Assembly (NCBI GenBank): GCA_964016885.1
Contig: OZ024749.1
Coordinates: 4,092,001-4,156,000, forward strand
Length of the DNA: 64,000 nucleotides
Source of the DNA: Eledone cirrhosa
Taxonomy: Eukaryota
Reading direction: 5' to 3'
Shown here: positions 30,906 through 42,189 of the stretch, piece after piece
Numbering within the stretch: position 1 is the stretch's first letter
Layout of the letters: every line of letters begins with the position of its first letter
Notes under the pieces: model-generated
Seen by the model: only the letters and a program-made list of their open reading frames with translations
Told to the model about the DNA's origin: nothing
Database searches by the model: none
Translations under genes and position numbers: made by a program

Positions 30906-33900
30906 CACTATCCCATCACCGCCGTCACCACTCCTTCATTGCTACCACCACTATTCCCCTGTTAACTTGAGAGAGAAAGGGGAAGGTGGCGGTATCACTA
31001 GACAAGGGAGAGGCTAGCAAAAGATATAAATAGATTGACTTAGTGTCCTGGCCACCGGCCAAACGTCAACATCAACAACTATGGCAATGCTGGCTCACCC
31101 CTTCCTCACCAACAAAATAAAAAGCCCCATCACCTCCACCGACATAGCCAACAACAATAACAGGCAACTTCAGCAAAAAGTATATTATATTATTGTAATG
31201 CACTGGGTTATTGCTGGCCTTGTGCCTGGAGTGGAGACAATTATTAATAATTTCATTCTTAAGCCACGCAATGCTCACATTAAGGAACCACTCATGATAA
31301 TAACAATTTAAAAAAAACAACAAAAAGAAAACCCCGTGACCAAGAAATACCGGGATGGCGGCCGGCGGGGAATAGCCGTGTCTCTAGTGGAGAACGACCC
31401 CTCTAGTCTTGCTTGACACTCGTTCTAGAAGTGGTAACACGAAATGATTACCCGTTGACGGATAAGAATAAAACGAGACAAAATAAAGTAAATGTCTAAT
31501 GATAAAATCTCATACCGGATCGGCCGTCACCCGGGTAAAAAAGGGCCGCGTCCCTCAGAGAGGAACCAGACTGGGGTCGAAAAATCAGCTAATGGTTCAA
31601 GCCTTCCCATCACTTCGGAGCTGGAGACCTCCCATAACCGGAATACTCCTACTGTTGGCCATCCATGCTCACCACCAAGAAATCCAAAGAAAATGAGAGA
31701 AAAATGGTCAAGGGAAGATAATAAAGAAGTCCTTGAGGCTTTCTACACTGCCATGTACTACCCATCAAATACATCGAATACAGAACAGACATATATCAAC
31801 TGGAAAAAGAAACATCCCAAAAACAGAGGCTATATTGACAGTAACAAACTAGCCAATATACGAAGAAATATTATAAGAAAAAAGTTACTAACTGATATAG
31901 AAATTGATCAGATCAAGCTATTAGCACAAAGTCAGCGAAGGGAAAATGAAACATGTGTCAGTGAAAACGAGGTAAACTGTAACACTTCGAATCCCAGGGT
32001 TGGGGCGGAATCACTGGCAACAGAACAAATTAAAGAAAGGATCGAAAACGTGGAGGGAGTGCATGCTCAGGATGACACTCCAAATGAAAATAATGAGATC
32101 GTAAATGATAAAGAAATGAATGAGAATGAACTTGGCAGCTTGAAGGATGAAATTATGATCGAATGGATGAAAATGAAAGAATCTGACATGGGGCAACGAG
32201 ACACCCTCACTAAGATCCAGAACTCCAAACAGAACCAAAAGATAATACACAAGACTAACATAATTCTCAAAAACATTATCATCACAAACAAACTAAACAT
32301 TACTGATTTAAATCATCTCTATTATGCATCGGCTAAAGTCACCACTCACTTATGTGGAGTGAAGATGAAAAAACAAAGGAATTCCCACAAGAAATCTACT
32401 TGGCAAGAGAACATCAATCGCCAAATAAACCTTCTCCGATCTGACATAGAAATTTTAACAAACTATAAAGTAGGTGAACATGTTAAACAAACTAAACTTA
32501 GAAAATTGAAAAAAAAGTACAGTATAAAATCAACATGTGCATTAGACATGCTGATAGAAATAATCAAGCAAAAAGTGTCGGCCAAAGCTGCTCGTATAAG
32601 GCCCTTTGAAAAACGATCTAGATTCTATAAGGACAATAATATGTTCAAAAACAACCAAAGAAACTTCTACAGAAAAATTGGTAAGTCAACAATAACTGCT
32701 AAATCAATACCACCCAAGGAGGAAGTGCAAGAATTCTGGGAAAAGATCTGAGCCGAAGAAAAAGTTCATAACATACATGCCCCATGGATAGACAGACAAA
32801 TGAAAGATACAGCTCACCTTGAGGAACAAACATGGGAAAACATAACAGTTGAACAGTTGCGCTTGGCTCTAAGAAAAACCAGCAAATGGAAATCCCCAGG
32901 AAAAGACAAAATACAAAACTTTTGGATAAATGCCTTCACAGAGTCTCATGAGCTGTTATCCCAACTTTACAATGAAATAGTTAAGGAGCCAGAAAAGATA
33001 CCTTCATGGCTAGTTAACGGCATTACATTCCTGCTTCCGAAGAATGATGAGACAAACAATCCCACAAATTACAGACCGATAACTTGCTTGACCACAATGT
33101 ATAAAATGTTAACATCAGTCCTTATTGAATACACATATGACCACCTGATAACAAGTAACCTATTTCCCATTGAGCAGAAAGGGTGAAAACGAGGCTCATA
33201 TGGCTGTAAGGATCAGCTTCTGCTTAACAAAATGATACTGGAAGATTGTCATAATAGACACAATAATCTATCGATTGCTTGGATAGATTATAAAAAAGCA
33301 TTTGATAGTTTGCCACACAGTTGGATTGAAAAATGTTTAGAGATCTTCAAAATATCCCCCGTTGTCAGGAGGTTTTTGTCATTCAGTATGAAGACATGGA
33401 AAACGACACTCCTTTTGAATAGTGAAACAAAATCATTGGAAGCTGGAGAAGTTAATATTAATTGTGGAATTTTTAATGGTGACTCTTTATCACCGCTTTT
33501 ATTCTGCATCGCACTTATACCATTAAGTAAAATGCTCAATGAAACAAATCATGGATATAAAGTCTATGACAAAACCATTAATCACCTGTTCTACATGGAT
33601 GACCTGAAACTATTTGCAAAAAATGATGAACAATTGCAAGGGCTATTATCCACTGTGAAGCAGTTCAGTGATGACATTAAAATGGAGTTTGGACTGGATA
33701 AATGCGCCAAAGCAACGTTCACCAGAGGAAAGCTGCTGAAGAGTTCAGACATTAATCTTGATCGGGGGAACGTGATAAGAGAGCTTGATCAAGAACAAAC
33801 TTACAAATATCTAGGTGTTTGTGAAGGAGACGGAATCAAGCACTCGACAATGAGGGAAAGGATAAGGAAGGAATGTTACCGCAGAGTCAGAGCAATCTTA

Positions 33901-35282
33901 AGAACGGAATTGAATGCAAGGAATAGGATCGATGCCATAAACACGCTTGCCATACCAGTAGTAACCTACAGTTACAATGTCATCAACTGGTCAAGCACAG
34001 AGATCCGTAGGCTCGATACAAAAATCCGAAAATTCTTAACCATGCACAGAATGCATCACCCTAAGGCAGACATAGATAGAATATATCTCCCTAGGAAAGA
34101 AGGAGGACGTGGGTTAATCCAGTTAGACATTGCGTTGAAAACTGCAACAATTGGATTATCCACATATCTAAGGGAATCACATGATTGGATGATCAAACTC
34201 GTTTTGAAACACGAAAGCACCAAAAGATCATATTCCATTACAAAAGATGCACAAAGATACAGTAATGGACTACAAATTTCAGAAGTCCCATTTACTGCTG
34301 AAATGGAAAACACAGAAAAAGCAAAGCAGGTAAAAGTAACTGCAAAGAAAGAACTGCTACAGAAACTGGCTAAGAAATGGCAAGAAAAGCCTCTGTATGG
34401 AAAATACCCAGAGCGAGCTAACAATCCTGATGTTGACAAAACTTTAACCCATCAATGGTTGGCATCCTCTGGACTGAAATCGGAGACTGAAGGACTGATT
34501 ATATCCGCACAAGATCAGTGTCTGCCAACAAAAAATTACCAAGCCAACATAATAAAAAATGGGTGCAGCCCATTATGCCGTGTATGCAAAAAACAACCAG
34601 AGACCATTGACCATATAATTTCAATGTGCAGTCCTATAGCTCCAACCGAATACCTAAACAGGCATGACAGAGCTGCACAATACATACATTGGATAATGTG
34701 TAAGCATTTTGACCTGCCCCATCAAAAGAATTGGTGGGAGCATCAACCACCTCCCATACTTGAAAAAGATCACATCTCAATATTGTGGAACTTTAGCATC
34801 CAAACAGACCGACAAATAGATGCAAATAGACCTGATATAATATTGAAGGACTTTCAAAGGAGGGTATGCCTGCTAATTGATATGTCTGTTCCAATAGACA
34901 AGAATGTATCTATAAAAACATTTGAAAAATTGAGCAAGTATAAGGACCTGGAGATAGAAATTGGAAAAATGTGGAAATTGAGAACTAAAACAATACCAGT
35001 GGTTGTAGGCGCTCTGGGAATGATACCTAAGGGGTCTAACGACTACTTATCGCAAATCCCAGGAAACCCGCGTATAGGAGAAATACAAAAGATAGTACTA
35101 ATGGGAACTGCCCATATACTAAGGAAGATCCTGTCAATATAATTACATCACAAGTCTAAACACTAAGGATGCATGTGTGAATATGTGTGTTCTTTCTTGA
35201 ACATGGCGGACCTTGTTGTCTCTTGAGGTCACTGGTTGTGACTTGGTGATAACTCGTATAAACATAAAGCAAGATAAATGCA

Positions 35283-35319
<37 letters not shown>

Positions 35320-35320
35320 T
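30906..35320 (+). mobile_element. R4/Dong-clade non-LTR retrotransposon, family A, full-length
   Basis: Preceded by (AAT)n 30860-30905; 3'UTR 35143-35283 and (AAT)n tail. Confidence 0.9.
31492..35142 (+). pseudogene. Family A RT-RLE ORF (~1216 codons) interrupted by two in-frame TGA
   Basis: Three ORFs in one frame; stops at 32749 (conserved W) and 33184 (EQKG[C]); motifs WIDYKKAFD, GDSLSP, LFYMDD, CRVC..H..C, RHD, RPDI..IDMS..K. Confidence 0.9.
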
Positions 35321-35677
35321 GAATATTTGAATTTTTAACATATTTAAATCATTTGTGAAATAACAACTCTTAGTATAAATGCTACGTAAAGCACCCGGCT
35401 TGAGCCCCAAAAAATTCGGACCCAAAATATATTGTTATAAGGCTCAAATATTCAAATATTCAACTTTGTATTGTACACTGTATATCCCCCCAAAAAAATG
35501 GCTATAAATGGAAGAAGAAGAACCCCCCCCCTCCTCTTCTCTGGCTACACTATATAGGACAGCTGAACTCACCAACACCAGAAACTAGATACACCACCCA
35601 CCCCATCATCTGTGTACACTAAACACAACAGCATTTTCACCTTCACCGTCACCGCTCACTACGGCCATCATTACCAC

Positions 35678-38600
35678 CACTATCCCATCACCGCCGCCAC
35701 CACCCCTTGACTCCTTCACTGCTGCTGCCACTGCTACAGCACCATCACTACAGTAATACGGTCGCATCACCGCCACCACTGCCTCGGTATCGACATCACC
35801 ACCACCACTGTCTCAGTATCGCCAACGCCGCCAGTCTCTGCTGGCTGCCACTTCCACATTATAGAATTCCTACTACTAACAAAGAGGAAGGCATCAAAAT
35901 ATATAGATAGACTCAAAAGAAAAAAGAAAAAACAAACAACAAAACCAAAGCAGCACAGCAACAACAGCAAAAAAACGAGAAAAACAAACAGAGAAAAACA
36001 AAAACAAAAAAAGAAACCCCCAAAACGTAAAGAAAATAAGAATGAAGAGAGAAGCAAGCGGACGGACAGAGAAGAGGGGGGAAAAAGTAAAACTTAAAAA
36101 ACAAAAACTAAGTCAGACATTCGAATACTACATTACAATGAAACTTATGCTTATTCATTTTTGGGGCCCTTTCTGCCCGTGTGTTTGTTTGTTTATGTGT
36201 GTTCGTATACAGCGTGGTGATAATGCCACACAAGGGCCAAGTGGGATGGCGGATCCACAGATGGCTATGTAAACATACATTCGCCAATCCTCGATAAGAG
36301 TGTTTAAATATCGAACATAAACAGTTCGAATAACGGTGAAATGGAGACTAGAACGTCATGTGACAGACTCTCACCCAACAGGTGCCCCCTGGCTCAGCAG
36401 CAGGAACCTGACTGTCAACCAAATACTGCTGATGTTGGAGGAAGAAGAAGAAGGAAAGGGGCCAGAACCAACTGGACGAAAGAATTGAATAGAACTGTTA
36501 TGCAATGCTACCTGAAAAGTAACCCCAAGGAGAGGGGCTACAGGAGACGGATGCATAACATCTGGAACGAGATTGGTTTATTTAAATTAGATGAACAAAA
36601 ATTGGACGGGCAGGCTCGGGTAATAAGAACTAATGGGTGGATAAGTGAGCTGGAACTGGAGGAACTGAGCAGAGAGACTGGCTTGGAGATGGCGGGTGTA
36701 GTATGCCAGACAAGCGAGCCGGCGGGAAATGAAGGTGAGGAGGTCCTGAGAACGGAGGAACCACCCGAAGCAGGCAATGATCTGAATACTGAGATAAATA
36801 ATACCTGGAACAGAGATACGGCCACTGAGGAGATGAATGCTGACGGGCTAGGACAAGATTCGGTTGACATCCTAAATTTAGTGGTAGATGAGTTGAACAA
36901 TGATAGTGGGAGACCTATGAACCTAAGATTTGTAGACAGGAAAAAGTTAAAAGAAACAACAGCTAAGGTAAACAAAGTCATCCCATACCTTGAGGCGAGG
37001 AGTCTTCACCAGTGCAACAATATCCTCAAAGCAACAGCAAATACGGTGAGGAAACTACTTGGTATAAAAGCGAGAGGAAACAACAGACAAGAAAGAGCAG
37101 AGCCGTGGTGGAAGAAGCGACTGAGTGGGCAAATCGGGGAAATGAGAAATGACATAGGAAAGCTTGAGTCACTACTGAATGGGACACTAAAAAACATAGG
37201 CACTAAAAATAGACTGGAAATAAAATACAAAACTAGGAGTAAAAAGGTAAATATTATCATAGAGGAATTGAAGCAACGCATTGTAGCAAAGAGTGCCAAA
37301 ATCAGGCGATACGAGAACAGAGTCAGTCAGTATAAACAGAACCGCATGTTCGACAACAACCAGAAGATGCTGTTTGGACAGCTTGAGGGGAAAGAAAGAG
37401 GCAACGACTTGATCCCTGGGGCGGAACAAGCTAAAACATTCTGGAGAGGAATATGGGAGCAGGATGTTAGACACAATGCCCAGGCAGGGTGGATTGAGAC
37501 AGTACAGAGGGAGATCGGCGAGCAGGCACAACAACAGACTGATTTGAGTATCACAGTTGAAACTCTTAAGGGGCAAGCCAAAAAACTAACCAACTGGAAA
37601 TCACCAGGCCCAGATGGTGTGCAGGGGTATTGGATTAAACATTTAACATCCCTCCACCCGAAGCTGACGGCCATGTTCAATGACTGCTTGGTGTCGGGTG
37701 AGGTGCCAGAGTGGTTGACAAAAGGTACCACAGTTCTGATAATGAAAGACCGAATCAAGGGTAATGATGTTACCAACTATAGACCTATCACATGTCTGCC
37801 CGTAATGTGGAAACTGTTGACGAGCATTGTGTCTGAGGAAATCTACCATCACCTCCACACAAACAACTTGTTACCGGACGAACAGAAAGGATGCCGAAAG
37901 AAGTCACGTGGTACAAAGGACCAGTTGCTTATTGATAAGATGGTAATGGGGAATTGCAGGAGGAGACACACTGATCTTGCCATGGGATGGATAGACTACA
38001 GAAAGGCATTTGACATGGTGCCTCATTCCTGGATCACCAAAAGCCTGGAGATCTTCAGGGTGGCAGATAACATCAGACAGTTGCTGGACAGGAGTATGGG
38101 GTCCTGGGAGACAGAGTTGACATCAACTGGAGTATCCTTGGGGAGCGTGAAGATCAAGAGAGGTATCTTCCAGGGAGATAGCCTGTCCCCTCTGTTGTTT
38201 GTCCTTGCCCTGATGCCCTTGACCATTATGCTGCGAAAAGTGAGAGCAGGATACAAGTTGGGAAGGGGAGAGCTTACCATCAATCACCTCCTCTTCATGG
38301 ACGATCTTAAGCTCTTCGGGAAAAGTGAGAAGGAGTTGGATGTGCTTGTTGACACTGTCCGTATTTTCAGCAGTGATATATGTATGCAGTTTGGTATTGG
38401 TAAATGTGGAGTCATTGTGATGAAGAGGAGTAGGTTGAGCAGAAGTAACGGGATCCAGATACCAACAGGTGAGATGTTAAAGGAAATTGACTCTGAGGAA
38501 GGATACAAGTATTTGGGCGTTCTGGAGGCTGATGGCATAAAGAACAAAAAAATGAAGGAATTGTTAAGAACTGAATACATTCGGAGAGTAAGGAGCGTAT

Positions 38601-39819
38601 TGAAGTCACATCTGAACAGCAGAAATGCCATAAGCGCAGTAAATTCCCGAGCTGTATCTATTATTAGGTACAGTGCGGGAATTCTGAGATGGAATGTTGC
38701 TGAACAAAAAGAAATGGATAGGAAGACTAGGAAGCTATTGACTATCTACAACATGTTCCACAAGAGGAGTGATGTCGATAGACTCTACCTAAGGAGATCT
38801 GAGGGTGGAAGAGGTCTTATCAGCATAGAGGACTGTGTTCAGATGGAGAAAAACAACCTATACAAATACGTGACCTATAGTAAGGAGCCAATGCTCAGAG
38901 CTGTACTGAAGGAGGGGACAGTTGGCCAGGGGATATCCAAGGAGGAAATAACATCAAGGAGGAAGAGCAGCCTTAAGGGCAAATCCCTTCATAGTACCTT
39001 CTTTGAGAAAACTGAATTTAGAGATCCACAGACATGGAACTGGTTGAGAAGAGGAGACCTCAAAAAGGCTACAGAAGGAATGCTAATGGCTGCGCAGGAG
39101 CAGGCCCTCAAAACGAAGTGGTTGAAGCACCATATCTACAAGGAGGAGGCTAGCCCACTGTGCAGGATCTGTGGAGAGAGAGAGGAGACTGTGGCTCACA
39201 TTGTGTCCGAGTGTAAACACCTAGCCCAGACCCACTATAAGGGCTGGAGACACGATGTGATGGGCAGGGTGATCCACTGGCACCTGTGCAAAGTAAACAA
39301 TCTACCACATTCTGAGAAATGGTATGAGCATAGGCCAGAGGCGGTGATGGAGAACAATCAGGTGAAGGTGCTGTGGGATTTTAGGATACAGACGGACAAA
39401 AAACTGGAACACAATAGACCTGACCTGGTGGTTGTGGACAAAGAAAAAAGATCGTGCCTGATTGTGGATGTGGCCTGCCCGTTCGACACGAGAGTGCAAG
39501 AGAAGGAGAGGGAGAAAATTAACCGATACCAGGACCTAAAGTGGGAGGTGAAAAGGATTTGGAACTGCCATGAAGTCAAAGTGATCCCGATTGTCATAGG
39601 CGCACTGGGGACTATCTCCAAAGGTTTCCAGGGATGGTTAAAGAAAATCGGCCCCTTCACGCTTTTTGGAACGCTTCAAAAGGCATGCTTGCTTGGAACG
39701 GCAAGAACCCTCCGATACGTCCTGAATGTCTGAGGCTGCAGGTAGTGGCTTGATATTCAATCCAACGGACTTTCCAGTTAACCAACATCAATGACTGAGA
39801 TTCAAGGAATAACAATAAC

Positions 39820-39850
<31 letters not shown>
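35678..39850 (+). mobile_element. R4/Dong-clade non-LTR retrotransposon, family B, full-length
   Basis: 5' leader homologous to 42187-42826; intact ORF; 3'UTR 39734-39807; (AAT)n tail. 5' boundary approximate. Confidence 0.9.
36341..39733 (+). CDS. Intact 1130-aa reverse transcriptase / CCHC zinc knuckle / restriction-like endonuclease of an R4/Dong retrotransposon
   Basis: WKSPGPDG, NYRPITCL, EQKGC, WIDYRKAFD, GIFQGDSLSP, LFMDD, YKYLG, CRICGEREETVAHIVSEC, RHD, RPDLVV..IVDVACP..EK..Y; no APE domain. Confidence 0.95.
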   Translation: METRTSCDRLSPNRCPLAQQQEPDCQPNTADVGGRRRRKGARTNWTKELNRTVMQCYLKSNPKERGYRRRMHNIWNEIGLFKLDEQKLDGQARVIRTNGWISELELEELSRETGLEMAGVVCQTSEPAGNEGEEVLRTEEPPEAGNDLNTEINNTWNRDTATEEMNADGLGQDSVDILNLVVDELNNDSGRPMNLRFVDRKKLKETTAKVNKVIPYLEARSLHQCNNILKATANTVRKLLGIKARGNNRQERAEPWWKKRLSGQIGEMRNDIGKLESLLNGTLKNIGTKNRLEIKYKTRSKKVNIIIEELKQRIVAKSAKIRRYENRVSQYKQNRMFDNNQKMLFGQLEGKERGNDLIPGAEQAKTFWRGIWEQDVRHNAQAGWIETVQREIGEQAQQQTDLSITVETLKGQAKKLTNWKSPGPDGVQGYWIKHLTSLHPKLTAMFNDCLVSGEVPEWLTKGTTVLIMKDRIKGNDVTNYRPITCLPVMWKLLTSIVSEEIYHHLHTNNLLPDEQKGCRKKSRGTKDQLLIDKMVMGNCRRRHTDLAMGWIDYRKAFDMVPHSWITKSLEIFRVADNIRQLLDRSMGSWETELTSTGVSLGSVKIKRGIFQGDSLSPLLFVLALMPLTIMLRKVRAGYKLGRGELTINHLLFMDDLKLFGKSEKELDVLVDTVRIFSSDICMQFGIGKCGVIVMKRSRLSRSNGIQIPTGEMLKEIDSEEGYKYLGVLEADGIKNKKMKELLRTEYIRRVRSVLKSHLNSRNAISAVNSRAVSIIRYSAGILRWNVAEQKEMDRKTRKLLTIYNMFHKRSDVDRLYLRRSEGGRGLISIEDCVQMEKNNLYKYVTYSKEPMLRAVLKEGTVGQGISKEEITSRRKSSLKGKSLHSTFFEKTEFRDPQTWNWLRRGDLKKATEGMLMAAQEQALKTKWLKHHIYKEEASPLCRICGEREETVAHIVSECKHLAQTHYKGWRHDVMGRVIHWHLCKVNNLPHSEKWYEHRPEAVMENNQVKVLWDFRIQTDKKLEHNRPDLVVVDKEKRSCLIVDVACPFDTRVQEKEREKINRYQDLKWEVKRIWNCHEVKVIPIVIGALGTISKGFQGWLKKIGPFTLFGTLQKACLLGTARTLRYVLNV

Positions 39851-39852
<2 letters not shown>

Positions 39853-41373
39853 CTTCATGGACGATCTTAAGCTCTTCGGGAAAAGTGAGAAGGAGTTGGA
39901 TGTGCTTGTTGACACTGTCCGTATTTTCAGCAGTGATATATGTATGCAGTTTGGTATTGGTAAATGTGGAGTCATTGTGATGAAGAGGGGTAGGTTGAGC
40001 AGAAGTAACGGGATCCAGATACCAACAGGTGAGATGATAAAGGAAATTGACTCTGAGGAAGGATACAAGTATTTGGGCGTTCTGGAGGCTGATGGCATAA
40101 AGAACAAAAAAATGAAGGAATTGTTAAGAACTGAATACATTCGTAGAGTAAGGAGCGTATTGAAGTCACATCTGAACAGCAGAAATGCCATAAGCGCAGT
40201 AAATTCCAGAGCTGTGTCTATTATTAGGTACAGTGCGGGAATTCTGAGATGGAATGTTGCTGAACAAAAAGAAATGGATAGGAAGACTAGGAAGCTATTG
40301 ACTATCTACAACATGTTCCACAAGAGGAGTGATGTCGATAGACTCTACCTAAGGAGATCTGAGGGTGGAAGAGGTCTTATCAGCATAGAGGACTGTGTTC
40401 AGATGGAGAAAAACAACCTATACAAATACGTGACCTATAGTAAGGAGCCAATGCTCAGAACTGTACTGAAGGAGGGGACAGTAGGCCAGGGGATGTCCAA
40501 GGAGGAAATAACATCAAGGAGGAAGAGCAGCCTTAAGGGAAAATCCCTTCATAGTACCTTCTTTGAGAAAACTGAATTTAGAGATCCACAGACATGGAAC
40601 TGGTTGAGAAGAGGAGACCTCAAAAAGGCTACAGAAGGAATGCTAATGGCTGCGCAGGAGCAGGCCCTCAAAACGAAGTGGTTGAAGCACCATATTTACA
40701 AGGAGGAGACTAGCCCACTGTGCAGGATCTGTGGAGAGAGAGAGGAGACTGTGGCTCACATTGTGTCCGAGTGTAAACACCTAGCCAAGACCCACTATAA
40801 GGGCTGGATACACGATGTGATGGGCAGGGTGATCCACTGGCACCTGTGCAAAGTAAACAATTTACCACATTCTGAGAAATGGTATGAGCATAGGCCAGAG
40901 GCGGTGATGGAGAACAATCAGGTGAAGGTGCTGTGGGATTTTAGGATACAGACGGACAAAAAACTGGAACACAATAGACCTGACCTGGTGGTTGTGGACA
41001 AAGAAAAAAGATCGTGTCTGATTGTGGATGTGGCCTGCCCGTTCGACACGAGAGTGCAAGAGAAGGAGAGGGAGAAAATTAACCGATACCAGGACCTAAA
41101 GTGGGAGGTGAAAAGGATTTGGAACTGCCATGAAATCAAAGTGATCCCGATTGTCATAGGCGCACTGGGGACTATCTCCAAAAGTTTCCAGGGATGGTTA
41201 AAGAAAATCGGCCTCTTCACGCTTTTTGGAACGCTTCAAAAGACATGCTTGCTTGGAACAGCAAGAACCCTCCGATACGTCCTGAATATCTGAGGCTGCA
41301 GGTAGTGGCTTGATATTCAATCCAACGGACTTTCCAGTTAACCAACATCAATGACTGAGATTCAAGGAGTAAC

Positions 41374-41416
<43 letters not shown>
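39851..41416 (+). mobile_element. 5'-truncated family B copy
   Basis: Nearly identical to 38291-39850, starting at ctcttcatggacgat; has its own 3'UTR and (AAT)n tail. Confidence 0.95.
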
Positions 41417-41427
<11 letters not shown>

Positions 41428-42149
41428 TGGTTGCAGCCCATTATGCCGTGTATGTAAAAAACAACCAGAGACCATTGACCATATAATTTCAATGTGCAGT
41501 CCTATAGCTCCAACCGAATACCTAAACAGGCATGACAGAGCTGCACAATACATACATTGGATAATGTGTAAGCATTTTGACCTGCCCCATCAAAAGAATT
41601 GGTGGGAGCATCAAACACCTCCCATACTTGAAGAAGATCACATCTCAATCTTGTGGAAATTTAACATCCAAACAGACCGAAAAATAGATGCAAATAGACC
41701 TGATATAATATTGAATGACTTTAAAAAGAGGGTATGCCTGCTAATTGATATGTCCGTTCCAATAGACAAGAATGTATCTATGAAAACATTTGAAAAATTG
41801 AGCAAGTATAAGGACCTGGAGATAGAACTTGGAAAAATGTGGAAATTGAGAACTAAAACAATACCAGTGGTTGTAGGCGCTCTAGGAATGATACCTAAGG
41901 GGTCTAATGATTACTTATCGCAAATCCCTGGAAATCCGCGTATTGGAGAAATACAAAAGATAGTACTAATGGGAACTGCCCATATACTAAGGAAGATTCT
42001 GTCAATATAAGTACATCACAAGTCTAAACACTAAAGATGCATGTGTGAGTATGTATGTTCTTTCTTGAACATGGCGGACCTTGTTGTCTCTTGAGGTCAC
42101 TGGTTGTGACTTGGTGATAACTCGTATGAACATAAAGCAAGATAAATGC

Positions 42150-42186
<37 letters not shown>
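41417..42186 (+). mobile_element. 5'-truncated family A copy (zinc knuckle + RLE)
   Basis: Close match to 34549-35320, including 3'UTR and (AAT)n tail. Confidence 0.95.

Positions 42187-42189
<3 letters not shown>

Noticed and set aside
32749-33186. Two in-frame TGA in family A as recoding (selenocysteine at EQKG[C])
   Set aside because: One replaces a conserved Trp, each is a single substitution, the QGD motif is also altered (NGD), and no SECIS was recognised. Ordinary decay is simpler; the family consensus would settle it.
36150-36340. HDV-like ribozyme in the Dong 5'UTR (ggccctt/aagggcc pairing)
   Set aside because: The P3/L3, P1.1 and J4/2 elements could not be placed by eye.
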